A stretch of DNA of 64,000 bases, from NCBI GenBank assembly GCA_951406725.2, contig OX597829.1:20274001-20338000 (forward strand). The letters run 5' to 3'. The notes under the pieces were generated by a model. That model was not told the DNA's origin. It ran no database searches and saw nothing but the letters and a program-made list of their open reading frames with translations. Position 1 is the stretch's first letter. Every line of letters starts with the position of its first letter. Source of the DNA: Octopus vulgaris (lineage: Eukaryota). The position numbers were made by a program, and so were the translations under genes. Shown piece by piece: positions 48,893 through 61,887 of the stretch.

Positions 48893-48925
<33 letters not shown>

Positions 48926-49008
48926 ATGTATGTATATATATATATATATGTATGTATGTATATGTACGTGTATATATATATATATATGTATGTATATGTA
49001 TATGTATG

Positions 49009-49055
<47 letters not shown>

Positions 49056-49074
49056 ATATATATATATATGTACG

Positions 49075-49107
<33 letters not shown>

Positions 49108-49114
49108 ATGTACG

Positions 49115-49147
<33 letters not shown>

Positions 49148-49153
49148 ATGTAC

Positions 49154-49184
<31 letters not shown>

Positions 49185-49208
49185 CGTATGTATGTATGTA
49201 TATGTACG

Positions 49209-49241
<33 letters not shown>

Positions 49242-49248
49242 ATGTACG

Positions 49249-49281
<33 letters not shown>

Positions 49282-49322
49282 ATGTACGTATATATATATA
49301 TATATGTATGTATGTATGTACG

Positions 49323-49359
<37 letters not shown>

Positions 49360-49364
49360 ATGTA

Positions 49365-49401
<37 letters not shown>

Positions 49402-49407
49402 ATGTAC

Positions 49408-49449
<42 letters not shown>

Positions 49450-49456
49450 ATGTACG

Positions 49457-49487
<31 letters not shown>

Positions 49488-50314
49488 ATTTACGTATATA
49501 TATATATGTATGTATGTATATGTACATATATATATATATATGTATGTATGTATGTATATGTACGTATATATATATATATATGTATGTATGTATATGTATG
49601 TATATATATATATGTATGTATATATATATATGTATGTATGTATATGTATGTATATATATATATGTATGTATGTATATGTATGTATATATATATGTATGTA
49701 TGTATATGTATGTATATATATATATGTATGTATGTATATGTATGTATATATATATATGTATGTATGTATATGTATGTATATATATATATGTATGTATGTA
49801 TGTATATGTATGTATATATATATGTATGTATGTATGTATGTATATATATGTACGTATGTATATGTATGTATATATATATGTATGTATGTATATATATATA
49901 TATATGTATGTATGTATATATATATGTATGTATGTATATATATATATGTATGTATGTATATATATATATATATGTATGTATGTATATATATATATGTATG
50001 TATGTATATGTACGTATATATATATATATGTATATATGTATATGTACATATATATATATATATATGTATGTATATGTACGTATATATATATGTATGTATA
50101 TGTACGTATATATATATATATATATGTTTGTATGTATATGTGCGTATATATATATATAAGAATGAATGTTTTTATATATAATGAACGTGAAATACAGGAA
50201 GAGACGAACACGGAACACAGACAAATCATTCGAAGCCTTCAATCTTCAGTCAGACACCGAATCATCATAGCAAATTTCGGCTGTTCAATATATATGTATG
50301 TATGTATATGTACG

Positions 50315-50345
<31 letters not shown>

Positions 50346-50499
50346 ATGTACGTATATATATATATATATCTATGTATGTATATGCACGTATATATATATA
50401 TATTTATATGTATGTATGTATATGTACGTATATATATATATATATATATGTATGTATATGTACGTATATATATATATATATGTATGTATGTATATGTAC

Positions 50500-50531
<32 letters not shown>

Positions 50532-50711
50532 ATGTACATATATATATATATATGTATGTATGTATATGTACTTATATATTTATATATATATATGTATGTA
50601 TGTATGTATATGTACGTATATATATATATATGTATGTATGTATATGTACGTATATGTATATATGTATGTATGTATATGTACGTATATATATATGTATTTA
50701 TGTATATGTAC

Positions 50712-50759
<48 letters not shown>

Positions 50760-50915
50760 ATGTACGTATATATATATATATATGTATGTATGTATATATA
50801 CGTATATATATATATGTATGTATGTATATATACGTATATATATATATGTATGTATGTATATGTATGTATATATATATATATATATATATATACGTACATA
50901 TACATACATACAAAC

Positions 50916-50947
<32 letters not shown>

Positions 50948-50967
50948 CGTACATATACATACATACA

Positions 50968-51002
<35 letters not shown>

Positions 51003-51069
51003 GTACATATACATACATACAAACATATATATATATATATATATATATACGTACATATACATACATACA

Positions 51070-51122
<53 letters not shown>

Positions 51123-51187
51123 CACCTTTTGAGCGCGGCCGTTGCCAGAACCGCCTGACTGGCTCACGTATATATAAGTACATACAC

Positions 51188-51231
<44 letters not shown>

Positions 51232-51237
51232 GTACAT

Positions 51238-51270
<33 letters not shown>

Positions 51271-51280
51271 TATATATATG

Positions 51281-51311
<31 letters not shown>

Positions 51312-51407
51312 GTGTATGTATGTATATGTTCGTATATATATATATATATATGTGTATGTATGTATATGTACGTATATATATATATATATGTATGTATGTA
51401 TATGTAC

Positions 51408-51439
<32 letters not shown>

Positions 51440-51514
51440 ATGCACGTATATATATATATATATGTATGTATGTATATGCACGTATATATATATATGTATG
51501 TATGTATATGTACG

Positions 51515-51555
<41 letters not shown>

Positions 51556-51706
51556 ATGTACGTGTATATATATATATGTATGTATGTATATGTACGTGTA
51601 TATATATATATGTATGTATGTATATGTACGTGTGTATATATATATATATGTATGTATGTATATGTACGTGTATATATATATATATGTATGTATGTATATG
51701 TACGTG

Positions 51707-51741
<35 letters not shown>

Positions 51742-51748
51742 ATGTACG

Positions 51749-51785
<37 letters not shown>

Positions 51786-51928
51786 ATGTACGTGTATATA
51801 TATATATATGTATGTATGTATATGTACGTGTATATATATATATGTATGTATGTATATGTACGTGCATATATATATGTATGTATGTATGTATGTATATGTA
51901 TGTGTATATATATATATATATATGTAAG

Positions 51929-51961
<33 letters not shown>

Positions 51962-52574
51962 ATGTACGTGTATATATATATATGTATGTATGTATGTATA
52001 TGTACGTGTATAGATACACAAATGGATAAATATATGAATGGATATAGATATATGTATTTGATAAATATAATTATATATCTTTATTTTTGAAATATTATAT
52101 CCAATGTGTGAGTACAATAAAGTCAATGCTTTATGTTTTATGATATGACATATCTATTAATGAATGATCAGATGTTATTAACTTCACGAAGTGGGAATCA
52201 AGAGTTGTGACTTTCTTGCCTTTTCCAGGGGCATTAGTAATGTGAGTGAAATAACTACAAACAACCAATAACCAAACCTGGTTTGCTGTCTCAGCTTATC
52301 AGAATTTACCAACTATATGATGGTGCTTGCTACTATATATATAATTATATTTGTTATATACATACATTTATATTTATAAGTCTGTAATGCATATATTAAT
52401 ATATTATACACATGTATATGTTATGTTTATAGTTTGTATGCCTTTTTAATTTTATGTATATGCTTCTGAATATATATAAATGTTTTGTATGCACATAAAT
52501 CTGTGTTTGTATGTATTTACATGTATGTATATAGTATGAGTGTGGTTCTATGTATATACACAAACATGTGTATG

Positions 52575-52990
52575 TGTGTTTGTGTTTGTTCCCCCAACAT
52601 CGCTTGACAACCGATGCTGGTGTGTTTACATCCCCATGACTTAGCGGTTTGGCAAAAAGGCCCAATAGAATAAGTACTAGGCTTACAAAGAATAAGTCCT
52701 GGGGTTGATTTGCTCGACTAAAGGTGGTGCTCCAGCATGGTCACAGTCAAATGACTGAAACAAGTAAAAGAGAGTATATATATATATATATATTATGTGT
52801 GTGTGTGAAGGCATGTGGCCAAGTTGGTTAGGCTGTTGCACTCAAAATTGTGGGTTTGATTCCTTGAGTGGGCAGCACGTTGTGTTCTTGAGCAAAACCA
52901 ATTCATCTCACGTTGCTCCAGTCTCTCCTTTTGAAATTTGGCCTGCTTGCATAGCCAGTAGGGTGGTGTCATTTGAAGGTTAAAACATCT
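52575..52990 (+). mobile_element. SINE 3' half (52575-52770) followed by a degenerate tRNA-headed SINE (52805-52990)
   Basis: Homology to 6815-7000; A/B-box-like TGGCCAAGTTGGTTAGG and GGTTTGATTCC. Confidence 0.75.
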
Positions 52991-53033
52991 GATAGCCTGA
53001 TGCAGTTCTATATTTAAGAGATGAGGAATTATG

Positions 53034-53389
53034 TACATTATTTACATTTTGACGGATATTTGTTCTCATCTTGTTTGTTGTTAACACAATGTTTCAGCTG
53101 ATATACCCTCCAGCCTTCATCAGGTGTCTTGGGGAAATTTCAAATCAGGTGTTGTGGTTAAGAGTGTGGGCTACTAACCCCAAGATTCCAAGTTTGATTC
53201 CAGGCAGTGACCTGAATAATAGTAATAATAATAATAATAATAATAACAACAACATTGAAAAATACCTTAGGAATGAGAACCCAAGTTCGAAATTTCCCTA
53301 AGACACCTGATGAAGGGTGGAGGGTATATCAGCTGAAACGTGTTAACAACAAAGATGAGGACAAATATCCGTCAAATGTAAATAATGTA
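53034..53389 (+). mobile_element. tRNA-headed SINE-like element with hammerhead-containing tail and an inverted copy of the tail at its 5' side
   Basis: Arms at 53034-53144 and 53286-53389; tRNA-like middle at 53147-53212; CTGATGA...GAAAC in both arms. Confidence 0.75.
53302..53345 (+). ncRNA. Minimal hammerhead motif (degenerate here); antisense copy at 53082-53128
   Basis: Consensus of the two arms: GACAC-CTGATGA-aGGCTGGagggtataTCAGCT-GAAAC-GTT-GTGTT, with stem I GACAC/GTGTT and palindromic AACGTT as helix III. Confidence 0.7.
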
Positions 53390-54000
53390 TCTGATAGCCT
53401 GGTCAGCCACGTTATCATGTGTGATATATAACTTTGGCTTTGAAGTACTCTCTCGAGGGGAGAATATTCTCTACCAAAGTAAGTAAAAAAACCACCAGAT
53501 ATGGTATTAAAAGCTGTTAACGAAATTGGTAATGAGTATTTACAACAGTGTGATGAACCCACAGACTAGCAGATTAACGCCTGTCTATATGCTCTGGCTA
53601 CTACTGAAAACAGTACATGAATGATATTCAAAAAGTAAACAAAGCTGAAATAACAAAGAAAGTACCATCAGGAAAAAACAACAATTAGAGGGACAGGAAA
53701 AAAAAGGACGGGTTATTCGTGGCCTTCTTTTATCAGTCAAGTTACCAGATGTCCTTACTGTTTCGGGCAATTACATTTGAGACTGCTCAATCTGGTTACC
53801 CCCAAAAAAGTGTAAGCTAAGAGCATTAGATTTTTTTGTGAGAAAGCTAGCGAATGTGTACAACAACAAAGACAAAAAGCGGAGAACATGGTACACAATT
53901 ACAAATACAAACAACAAGAATATAACAACAGATGTCTTTCGACTGAGAATGAATCAAATTGAGCTGGCAAGAATATAGGATAAATATATATATATATATA

Positions 54001-54533
54001 CAGGGTGTCCCCAAAAAATGTATACACACCTTAAATAATTGTAAATTTGGGGTTTATTATAATTCGAATAATTTTCAACATGTAAAAGAATTTACAAATA
54101 TCATTCTATTGTCTTGTTATCGCATGTTCTCAAACTGATGTCCGTTCTGCTCCAGACACTGCTGACAACGCGAAGCGATGGAATGGCACACATCATGGAA
54201 CAATTCCCTTGGGATATTTGTACATTCATGTTCAATGGTTGCCCTCAATTGAACGACTGTTGCAGGTTTCTGTGCGTAGACTTTGTCCTTTAGGTATCTC
54301 CATAAAAAGAAGTCTAGTGGTGTGAGGTCTGGTGAACGTGGAGGGTATTCGACAAAACCTCTCCGTCCAATCCACCTGTTTGGCAAGATCCCATCAAGAA
54401 AGGATCTAACATCGCGATGGTAGTGTGGAGGTGCCCCATCTTGCTGGAAATAAAACTCTTCCTGTTCAAAGTCCTCTCTAATGCTTGGCATGACAGACTG
54501 TTGCAGCAAGTGTATACATTTTTTGGGGACACC

Positions 54534-54536
<3 letters not shown>
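54001..54536 (-). mobile_element. Internally deleted Tc1/mariner element of the DD41D (rosa/Visitor) family
   Basis: Perfect 27-bp TIRs CAGGGTGTCCCCAAAAAATGTATACAC with TA flanks. FQQDGAPPHY...PPRSPDLTPLDFFLW has 41 residues between the last two catalytic D. Confidence 0.93.
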
Positions 54537-54574
<38 letters not shown>

Positions 54575-54575
<1 letters not shown>

Positions 54576-57391
54576 TAGCAGAGATACCCGGCGTTGCCTG
54601 GTTACATTCAATAGAAGAATTAGACTTTTCTGTTATATATATATTTATGGATACACACACACAAATATATGTATATTAATATAAATACATGAAAGTACAT
54701 GAAGTTTGTTAAAAAAAAGGGGATCATGTATATACCTCCTGGCTGTTGAGATTATAACACCTCGTTGTAAACAACGTTCCTTGTTTTTCCTTGTGGAGCA
54801 TATACAAAAAGGTTACTTTTGGTTCCTACTCTTGAGCAGCCAACATACAGTTGCCTATGTGAGAAGCAGGGCTCTTCCAAGAGAAGACCAGCTACAGAGA
54901 GGGTTTGACCCTGAGATTTGTTAATGGACATGGCAAAGCTGACACGAAGGGGGAATGTAAATGGAATTTCTGCTCCTGATGGAGTAAGAGGAAATCTTGG
55001 AATAAAGACGTCATCACCTTTTCCACATCCAGAAAGAATGATCACCTCGATAACGTGTGACATCATTTTCTTTATCACCAGTCGTGTTCCATTGCAAAAT
55101 CTTGGTGGTTCCAGATTGCGGAGTAGCATTACAGGAGTTTCAACTTTAAGTGGTAATATGTGTGGAGGTAGTCGAGGAGGCTCCAGTGAATTGAGAAATT
55201 CAGGAGGATAGTTCACAACTTCATTTATATCTGGAATTGTATCAACAGACTTGTAAGTGTGTATAGTGCCGGGAAGAGAATGCATTAGCTGTTGATTAAT
55301 TTTGTTAACAGCGACGTTTTTTGGAGCTAATATTGCTCTTTCACACAGCCAATTGTGATTTTGGTAGTTTTGTGTGAAGTTGGGAAAGACTTTGATTTTG
55401 AGGTCATCTACAGAATTAACAACAGAGGAAAATGACCACACTTCCATTTGTCCTGCAGCATCGAGAGGCATCTTGCCTTCACCAAGTGTCAAAATGTCCT
55501 GTGCAAACTTTGTGGACATTTTGTCGCTGTGTAGCTGAGCTCTCATGTTAGTGGTGAGACTAAAGATTGTAACATGATGCCACAGGGTAGAGGACTTTAG
55601 GCGTGCTTGAACTTCATCAGCTCTAGTGCCTTTTGGAATGACAGAAAGAGTTTGCCTGAAATCACCTGACAACAGAAGCGTTACACCTCCCATTGATGCC
55701 TGACAGTCTCGGATGTCTTTCAGGGCTCTATCTAATGCTTCCAAAGCTCCCTTGTGAGCCATAGTGCACTCATCCCAGACAATTACATAACACATTTTAA
55801 GTACTTGTCCTTGATCTGAGCTTTTGTTGATGTTGCATGAAGGCATTTCGGATGCTGCTAAATTGAGAGGGAGTTTAAAAGTTGAGTGTGCTGTCCTGCC
55901 ACCGGGTAACAAAGTAGCTGCAGTGCCAGAGGAGGCTACAACTACTGCAATGTCCTGATGCTACCTAACTTCTGCAAGGGGAAGCTTTGTAATAAATGTT
56001 TTTCCTGTCCCTCCAGGAGCATTGAGGAATAAGATTCATTCCTCGCGTTGGCGTACACTGTTAAGAATAGTTCAGTAGGCCTGCAGCTGGTCCAGAAGTA
56101 ATTTAGGCTCATTTTCAACAATGTACTTTGAAAGCGCTTGAGTGTTGTAGGTTGTTTCATGAATGACAGCAGTGGGAAGGCTATTTGACCCTGACCTGAA
56201 TGTATGTATGCCTGTATATATGTACAAAATCCACTGAGAAGGCTTTTGTTGGTCTGAAGCTACAGCAGAAGACACATGCCAAGTCACCACACAGTGGGAC
56301 TGAACCCAGGACATTGTGTTTGGAACGTAGTTTGTTACCACACAGCCATACCTGCCCCTATGTATGTATGTATGTGTGTATGGGTAGATATATTATGCAT
56401 GTATATATGTGTATATATATGTGTACATATTACATGTACATCTATATATATATACATCTACACATAAAATACAAAATACAAAGTTATATCTTGATATCGC
56501 TAGTGATAACAATACTCAAAATATATAACAGACTGGAATTGTAGGCCCGTCTCTTGCAATTTCGATTAATTGGATCTTGTCCTCCCTCTTGTATAGAAGT
56601 GTACGGCTGCAGCGAAATTCATTTTTGGACTTTCTTCTATCAAAGGCATTTTAACAAAAATGCTTCCGTAAAGACGGTGAAAATATTGTCAATTTCCCCA
56701 AACAGGGACACAATTCAATTTTTAAACAATAACCAAAGCCCCTTCTCCGAAAGGGGAAGGGTTACGGTTTACAATTATTTAACAAATGCAACACAACAAT
56801 GTTTCCATGACGAGGAACCAACAAATGTGATTACAATAGTCAAACAGTAATAATAATAACAACAAACCTTTTTAATTTATCCCATTTATGTGAACCCACT
56901 TATTCAAGTTCAAGTCAGTGATGCAATTTTATACGAATTGCTAATACACACACACACACACACACATAATAAGGGTTAAAAATTGAATATTAATTTGATT
57001 AATATGAATTGAAAACCAGTGGTGTAGCATATAAGACATTAGCGGATCTTCCTCTAGCAAAAAGGACGACCACTATTAATGGCTCATCCCTGTTATATAA
57101 TACTTTCACTTTAACAGTTTCATACTTGCTAAGAGAAAGTAGGAGAAAGTGTGGTGGTAATGGAAAGAGTGAAGCACTTGAAATGAGAGAGGCAAATCGT
57201 AAAATATTGAGTTTTCTCGAATTTTTGCTTAATTGGGGGTCAAATTGAAAAAACGTTGCATGCCATGACCCAATCAAATCTACTTGGAAAAATCATAGGT
57301 AAATTCCAATTGAAGAAATTCTATATTGTAGAATTGTATTAAAAAGAAACATGGGAACAGGCAGAGAAAATCTGCCTTTTATCATAAGAGA
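54575..57391 (-). mobile_element. Helitron with PIF1 helicase remnant and a nested SINE (about 56220-56360)
   Basis: On minus, 3' hairpin CAGGCAACGCCGGG plus CTAG ending at 54575, and a 5'-like TCTCTTATGATAAAAGG starting at 57391. It is uncertain whether both ends belong to one element. Confidence 0.7.
54752..56190 (-). pseudogene. Helitron PIF1-family helicase domain, frameshifted at the N-terminal end
   Basis: Walker A FLNAPGGTGKTF near 56030-55995, plus GRTAHS, IVWDEC, GDFRQ, CNGTRL, SINKSQGQ, QLYVGCSRV. Confidence 0.92.
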
Positions 57392-57395
57392 TATA

Positions 57396-57460
57396 CTAGC
57401 AGGGATACCCGGTGTTGCCCGGTTACATTCAATAGAAGAATTAGACTTTTCTGTAAAATT
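57396..57460 (-). mobile_element. Second Helitron 3' end of the same family (extent unknown)
   Basis: About 59 bp nearly identical to 54575-54633. Confidence 0.8.
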
Positions 57461-59161
57461 CTGTTGAGTTGTTCACTCACAACTTTACCACTGCCGTACA
57501 AGTAGAGAAGCCTTTATGCAAAACTTGAAATCAGTCAGTAATCACCCACTACAGCAATGCTTGCAAGATAAGCATCAGAAAGCAAAAGATTCCATCATGC
57601 ATCAGGTAGCTTGTAAGTTTTTTGCTTCCCTAATTGCAGTTTGGACTTCTGGTACCTGAGAGAATTTCTTTTAACTTTGCCAAACCTCTAAACACTCTTA
57701 TTTGCCACATTGCAAGTGAAACAACCTTGAATGTAGCACTTCTGCAGATAAATTCACATTTGCTGCACATTTTCTTTTCATATTTACACTGCACAAATAC
57801 ATCCCAAAATGTCTTCTTCACAGCCCTTCCTCTTCATCATCTGCAATTCACTCTTTACCACAGTTTCTCTGCAGGAATTCATCCTTCACAGGTGTATGCC
57901 AAACATGAACCAACCCAAGAGTTTCACCAGTGAAGAAAAAAAGCATATATAGGGTTAGCTGTGAGAATCCTTCTCCAATGTTGCTCTACCATCATAAAAA
58001 GGAAAAAACATATTGCATAAAAAACTCTTGTTACACAATATGAATAAGATAGGGGTGAGGTGGGGGGGGGGGGTTGATTCTCTTTGATTACAGGTTTGCT
58101 CAATCAAAATTAACATGGGGCTAGACAAAAGCAACAGCAACAAAAACCAAGCTATGATTACTTGTACAGACCATAGGTACCACACCCGCTTTGCTGCAAA
58201 GAATAAAAAAAAAAATTTTAAGAATATGGGAAATTATGGGACACTTGGCAACTTTGTTGGGTGTTTTCAACTCTGTAAAGCCTTCTTCTTGAGATGTGAC
58301 AACTGATATGCCACCACACTTGGAAGTGGCTTGAGGTAAACATTGATTTTTTTTTTTTTTTTTTTTTGCGTATGGATTCCTATAGATTTCAAGAAAATTC
58401 TTCCAAACAGAAATTTTGTTGTGCCAATTACTTCTGATCTGGTAGTGGATTTGGTAGACAAAAACTGAAATGAAAAAGAAACCTCTGTTATATGTTTGTA
58501 TGTGTGTGTGTTTAGTCTGCTACATTTCTATTTGAAAGTCACAACATTTCTAGTCTGCTCACTTTGTGCCCTCAAAGTCATATTGAACAAGAGATCTCTT
58601 ACTTGTAAAACTGAACTGAGTTAGCACCAGGAATGTCATCTGACTGTAAATGCAAACAATGTCTCAGTATAATATTTGTCTCTTACTAGCACAGGAAAGT
58701 GATGCAAAAATGAACAAATGACCAATCTGGTTGCCAGGCCAGGCCAGGCCAGATGAAATGACCACAAGCAGTTCTAAGAGGGATAAACCTTTTGTACTAA
58801 AAATTTTAGCTTTTATTGATAATGAAAAGGATTGCAAACCTTCAGATCAGTGTTGGGTAAACAAAGTTGAATGTCATATCCGAATATTAGTGTATAGGAG
58901 GAACAGCATCTATTCTTTGGACGCATGATTAAAAACACAATTGTTTGGGTCTGTTTAAATTTTTCTCTTTTTCTTATTTTTTTTTTCAAATATACATTTG
59001 CTTACTGCTATGCATGTGTTTATACACACACACACACACACACATTTCATTATTCTTTTACTGATTTCATTGGACTGGGGCTATGCGTGTACATCACTTT
59101 TGACAATTCTAGTCTAATACTTATTTTATTAACTTTTATTTATGAAACTGCTAATTTACAA

Positions 59162-59730
59162 TTTCATGGTAGTGCCCCAACATGACTGAAACAAGCAAAA
59201 GGTAAAAGGTAGGTGTAGTCATTGCTGTGTGGTTTCAAAGCTTCCTTGTAACCATGAAGTTTCAGGTTCAGTCACACTGAGTGGCACCTTGGGCAAGTGT
59301 CTTCTACTATAGCCCCGGCTGACCAATGACTTGTGAGTGGATTTGGTAGATGGAAACTCTGTCAAATGTATTTACAACATGTAAAGTGACACAACACCAG
59401 TTAATTAGCATAAATATAAACAAACATACTTGGAGTGCATGTTTCTAAGAAGCCTTGAAAACACCAGGTGATATAAACAGACAAGACTCAATACAACTAT
59501 AAAGTCTAAATATTTATTCAAGCAAAATGGTAGTAACTGATTTTGAAGTTTGGATATATACAGAGGTGCAGGAGTGACTGTGCAGTAAGTAGCTTGCTTA
59601 CCAATCACATGGTTCCAGGTTCAGTCCCACTGTGTGGCACCTTGGGCAAATGTCTTCTGCTATAGCCTCAGGCCGACCAAAGCCTTGTGAGTGGATTTGG
59701 TAGATGAAAACTGAAAGAAGCCCGTCGTGT

Positions 59731-59796
<66 letters not shown>

Positions 59797-60179
59797 GTGT
59801 ATATGTTTGTGTCCATGTTTGTTCCCCCAACATAGCTTGATAACCAATGCTGGTATTTATGTCTCCGTGACTTAGCGGTTCGGCAAATAAGACCATTAGA
59901 ATAAGTACTAGGCTTACAAAGAGTAAGTCGTGGGGTCGATTTGTTTGACTAAAGGTGCTGCTGCAGTCAAATAACTGAAACTAGTAAAAGAATAAAGAAA
60001 TCTAGGCATTGCCGTGTGGTTAAGAAGCTTGCTTTGTAACCATGAGATTTTGGGTTCAGTCCCCCTATGTAGTACCTTGGGCATGTGTCTTCTGCTATAA
60101 TCTCAGGCTGACCAAAGCCTTGTGAGTGGATTTGGTTGATGAAAACTGAAAAAAACCTGTCATATATATATATATTTAT

Positions 60180-60239
<60 letters not shown>

Positions 60240-60810
60240 GTGTGTGTGTGTCTTTGCATTCCCATAACTTAGCCATTCAGCAAAAGTGACCAATAGAATA
60301 AGTACTAGACTTTAAAAAAAAGCCAGGCTTAAATTAAAAAGAACCTTGAGTCAATTTGTTTAAAATCTTTCATGGTAGTGCCCCAACATGACTGAAACAA
60401 GCAAAAGGTAAAAGGTAGGTGTAGGCATTGCTATGTGGTTTCAAAGCTTCCTTGTAACCATGAAGTTTCAGGTTCAGTCACACTGAGTGGCACCTTGGGC
60501 AAGTGTCTTCTACTATAGCCCCGGCTGACCAATGACTTGTGAGTGGATTTGGTAGACGGAAACTGTGTGGAAGCCAGTTGTTTATGTGTTTGTGTCTTTC
60601 TCCCACCCACATCCTCAACTACCAATATTAGTTTGTTTACATTCCTGTAATTTAGTGTTTGGCACCCCACCTCCAAAAAGCACCCCACACCTAGAACATA
60701 TATCAGACTTAATAAATTGATAAAGGATGAAAGGTTGATTTGTTCAACTAAATTCCTTCAAAGTGTTGCCCCAGCATGGCCACAGTCCATTAACTGAAAC
60801 AAGTAGAAAA
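59162..60810 (+). mobile_element. Head-to-tail cluster of CORE-type SINEs (about 59565-59995, 60003-60415, 60420-60810) plus a duplicated junction piece at 59162-59358
   Basis: Homology to 6603-7000. Confidence 0.85.
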
Positions 60811-61065
60811 GACAAAAAGAAAAAAAAAATATCAGATTTCTGCATAGTTTATGCCTACGAAATTCCACTAACAAGGTAATGGTCAACCTACAGCTGTGGT
60901 AGGAAACTTTTATCTAAGTTAACTCAAATTGCAATCAAACTTGGGACCACATGATTACAATTTTTTTGGTTAGGTCTATAGATGTTGCTGCTGCTGGCTA
61001 AAGCAACCTAAAATACTGTATGTAGACAAACCCAATATTTTCAGTATTTTTCTCAGGAATGAACA

Positions 61066-61447
61066 TTAACCTTTTAGCATTCAGATTACTCTGTCAAATG
61101 TATTTGTTAATGTTATTTTTGCATTAATCATGCATTGACTTGTAACTTCTGAGATTTCAATGATGTGACTGTTTACATTTGGAATGGCATTGTAAGGTAG
61201 GTGTGAAAAGCCAGATCTGGCCAGTTTGAATATAAAACAGGTAAAAAATTTGAGCCAGATATGGTAACCTTTTAGCATTCAGATTACTCTGTCAAATATA
61301 TTTATTCATATTATTTTGAATTATGCATTATCTCATAACTTCCAAGGTTTCAACGATGTGACCATTTACATTTAGAATGACATTGTAAGGTAGGTGTGAA
61401 AAGCCAAATCTGTCTAGTTTGAACATAAAATATCTAAAATATTTGGG
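61066..61447 (+). repeat. Two tandem ~200-bp copies of a MITE-like repeat starting (T)TAACCTTTTAGCATTCAGA
   Basis: 61066-61265 is similar to 61266-61447. The TTAA-CC start resembles piggyBac. Confidence 0.65.
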
Positions 61448-61819
61448 TTAAGGAAACTTTTATCACTTCTTGCATCGTATGTGATGAATGAATGGAAATT
61501 GCTCTCTTTATTACAAGCAACAAAGGGTCCATTTACTGCCTAATTTGGTTTTAGAATACATGTAAAAAAGAAAGAAAGGTTCTTTTTGTCTAAACTCATT
61601 TTATGTAACAGGAAGTATCATTCATTGGAATTACTGATATGTGTCTTAATATATGAATCTAGTTTGGAAGTAAATGAGGCTTCCTGGATGAATATCTCCA
61701 ACAAATTCCAGATAAATCACCTACACCCAGTTATATCTCTGCAAACAATAACTCTTCACTTGAATGAACTATGGTGCCAAAAGAATGACTATAATACCAA
61801 GCATCATTAAACATCTTGT

Positions 61820-61887
61820 CCAGGTGGTGCTATTAAGTTAGTCATGACCTGGGCCAATTCTGGCTGAAACTTATGTAAGTAAGTAAA
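61820..61887 (+). mobile_element. Isolated 3' tail of the LINE-C family
   Basis: CCAGGTGGTGCTATTAAGTTAG.CATG.CCTGGGCCAAT..TGGC.GAAAC matches the reverse complement of 28450-28499. Confidence 0.8.

Noticed and set aside
54752-55912. Host PIF1 gene
   Set aside because: Intronless, Walker A is out of frame, and a Helitron 3' hairpin plus CTAG lies about 180 bp downstream.
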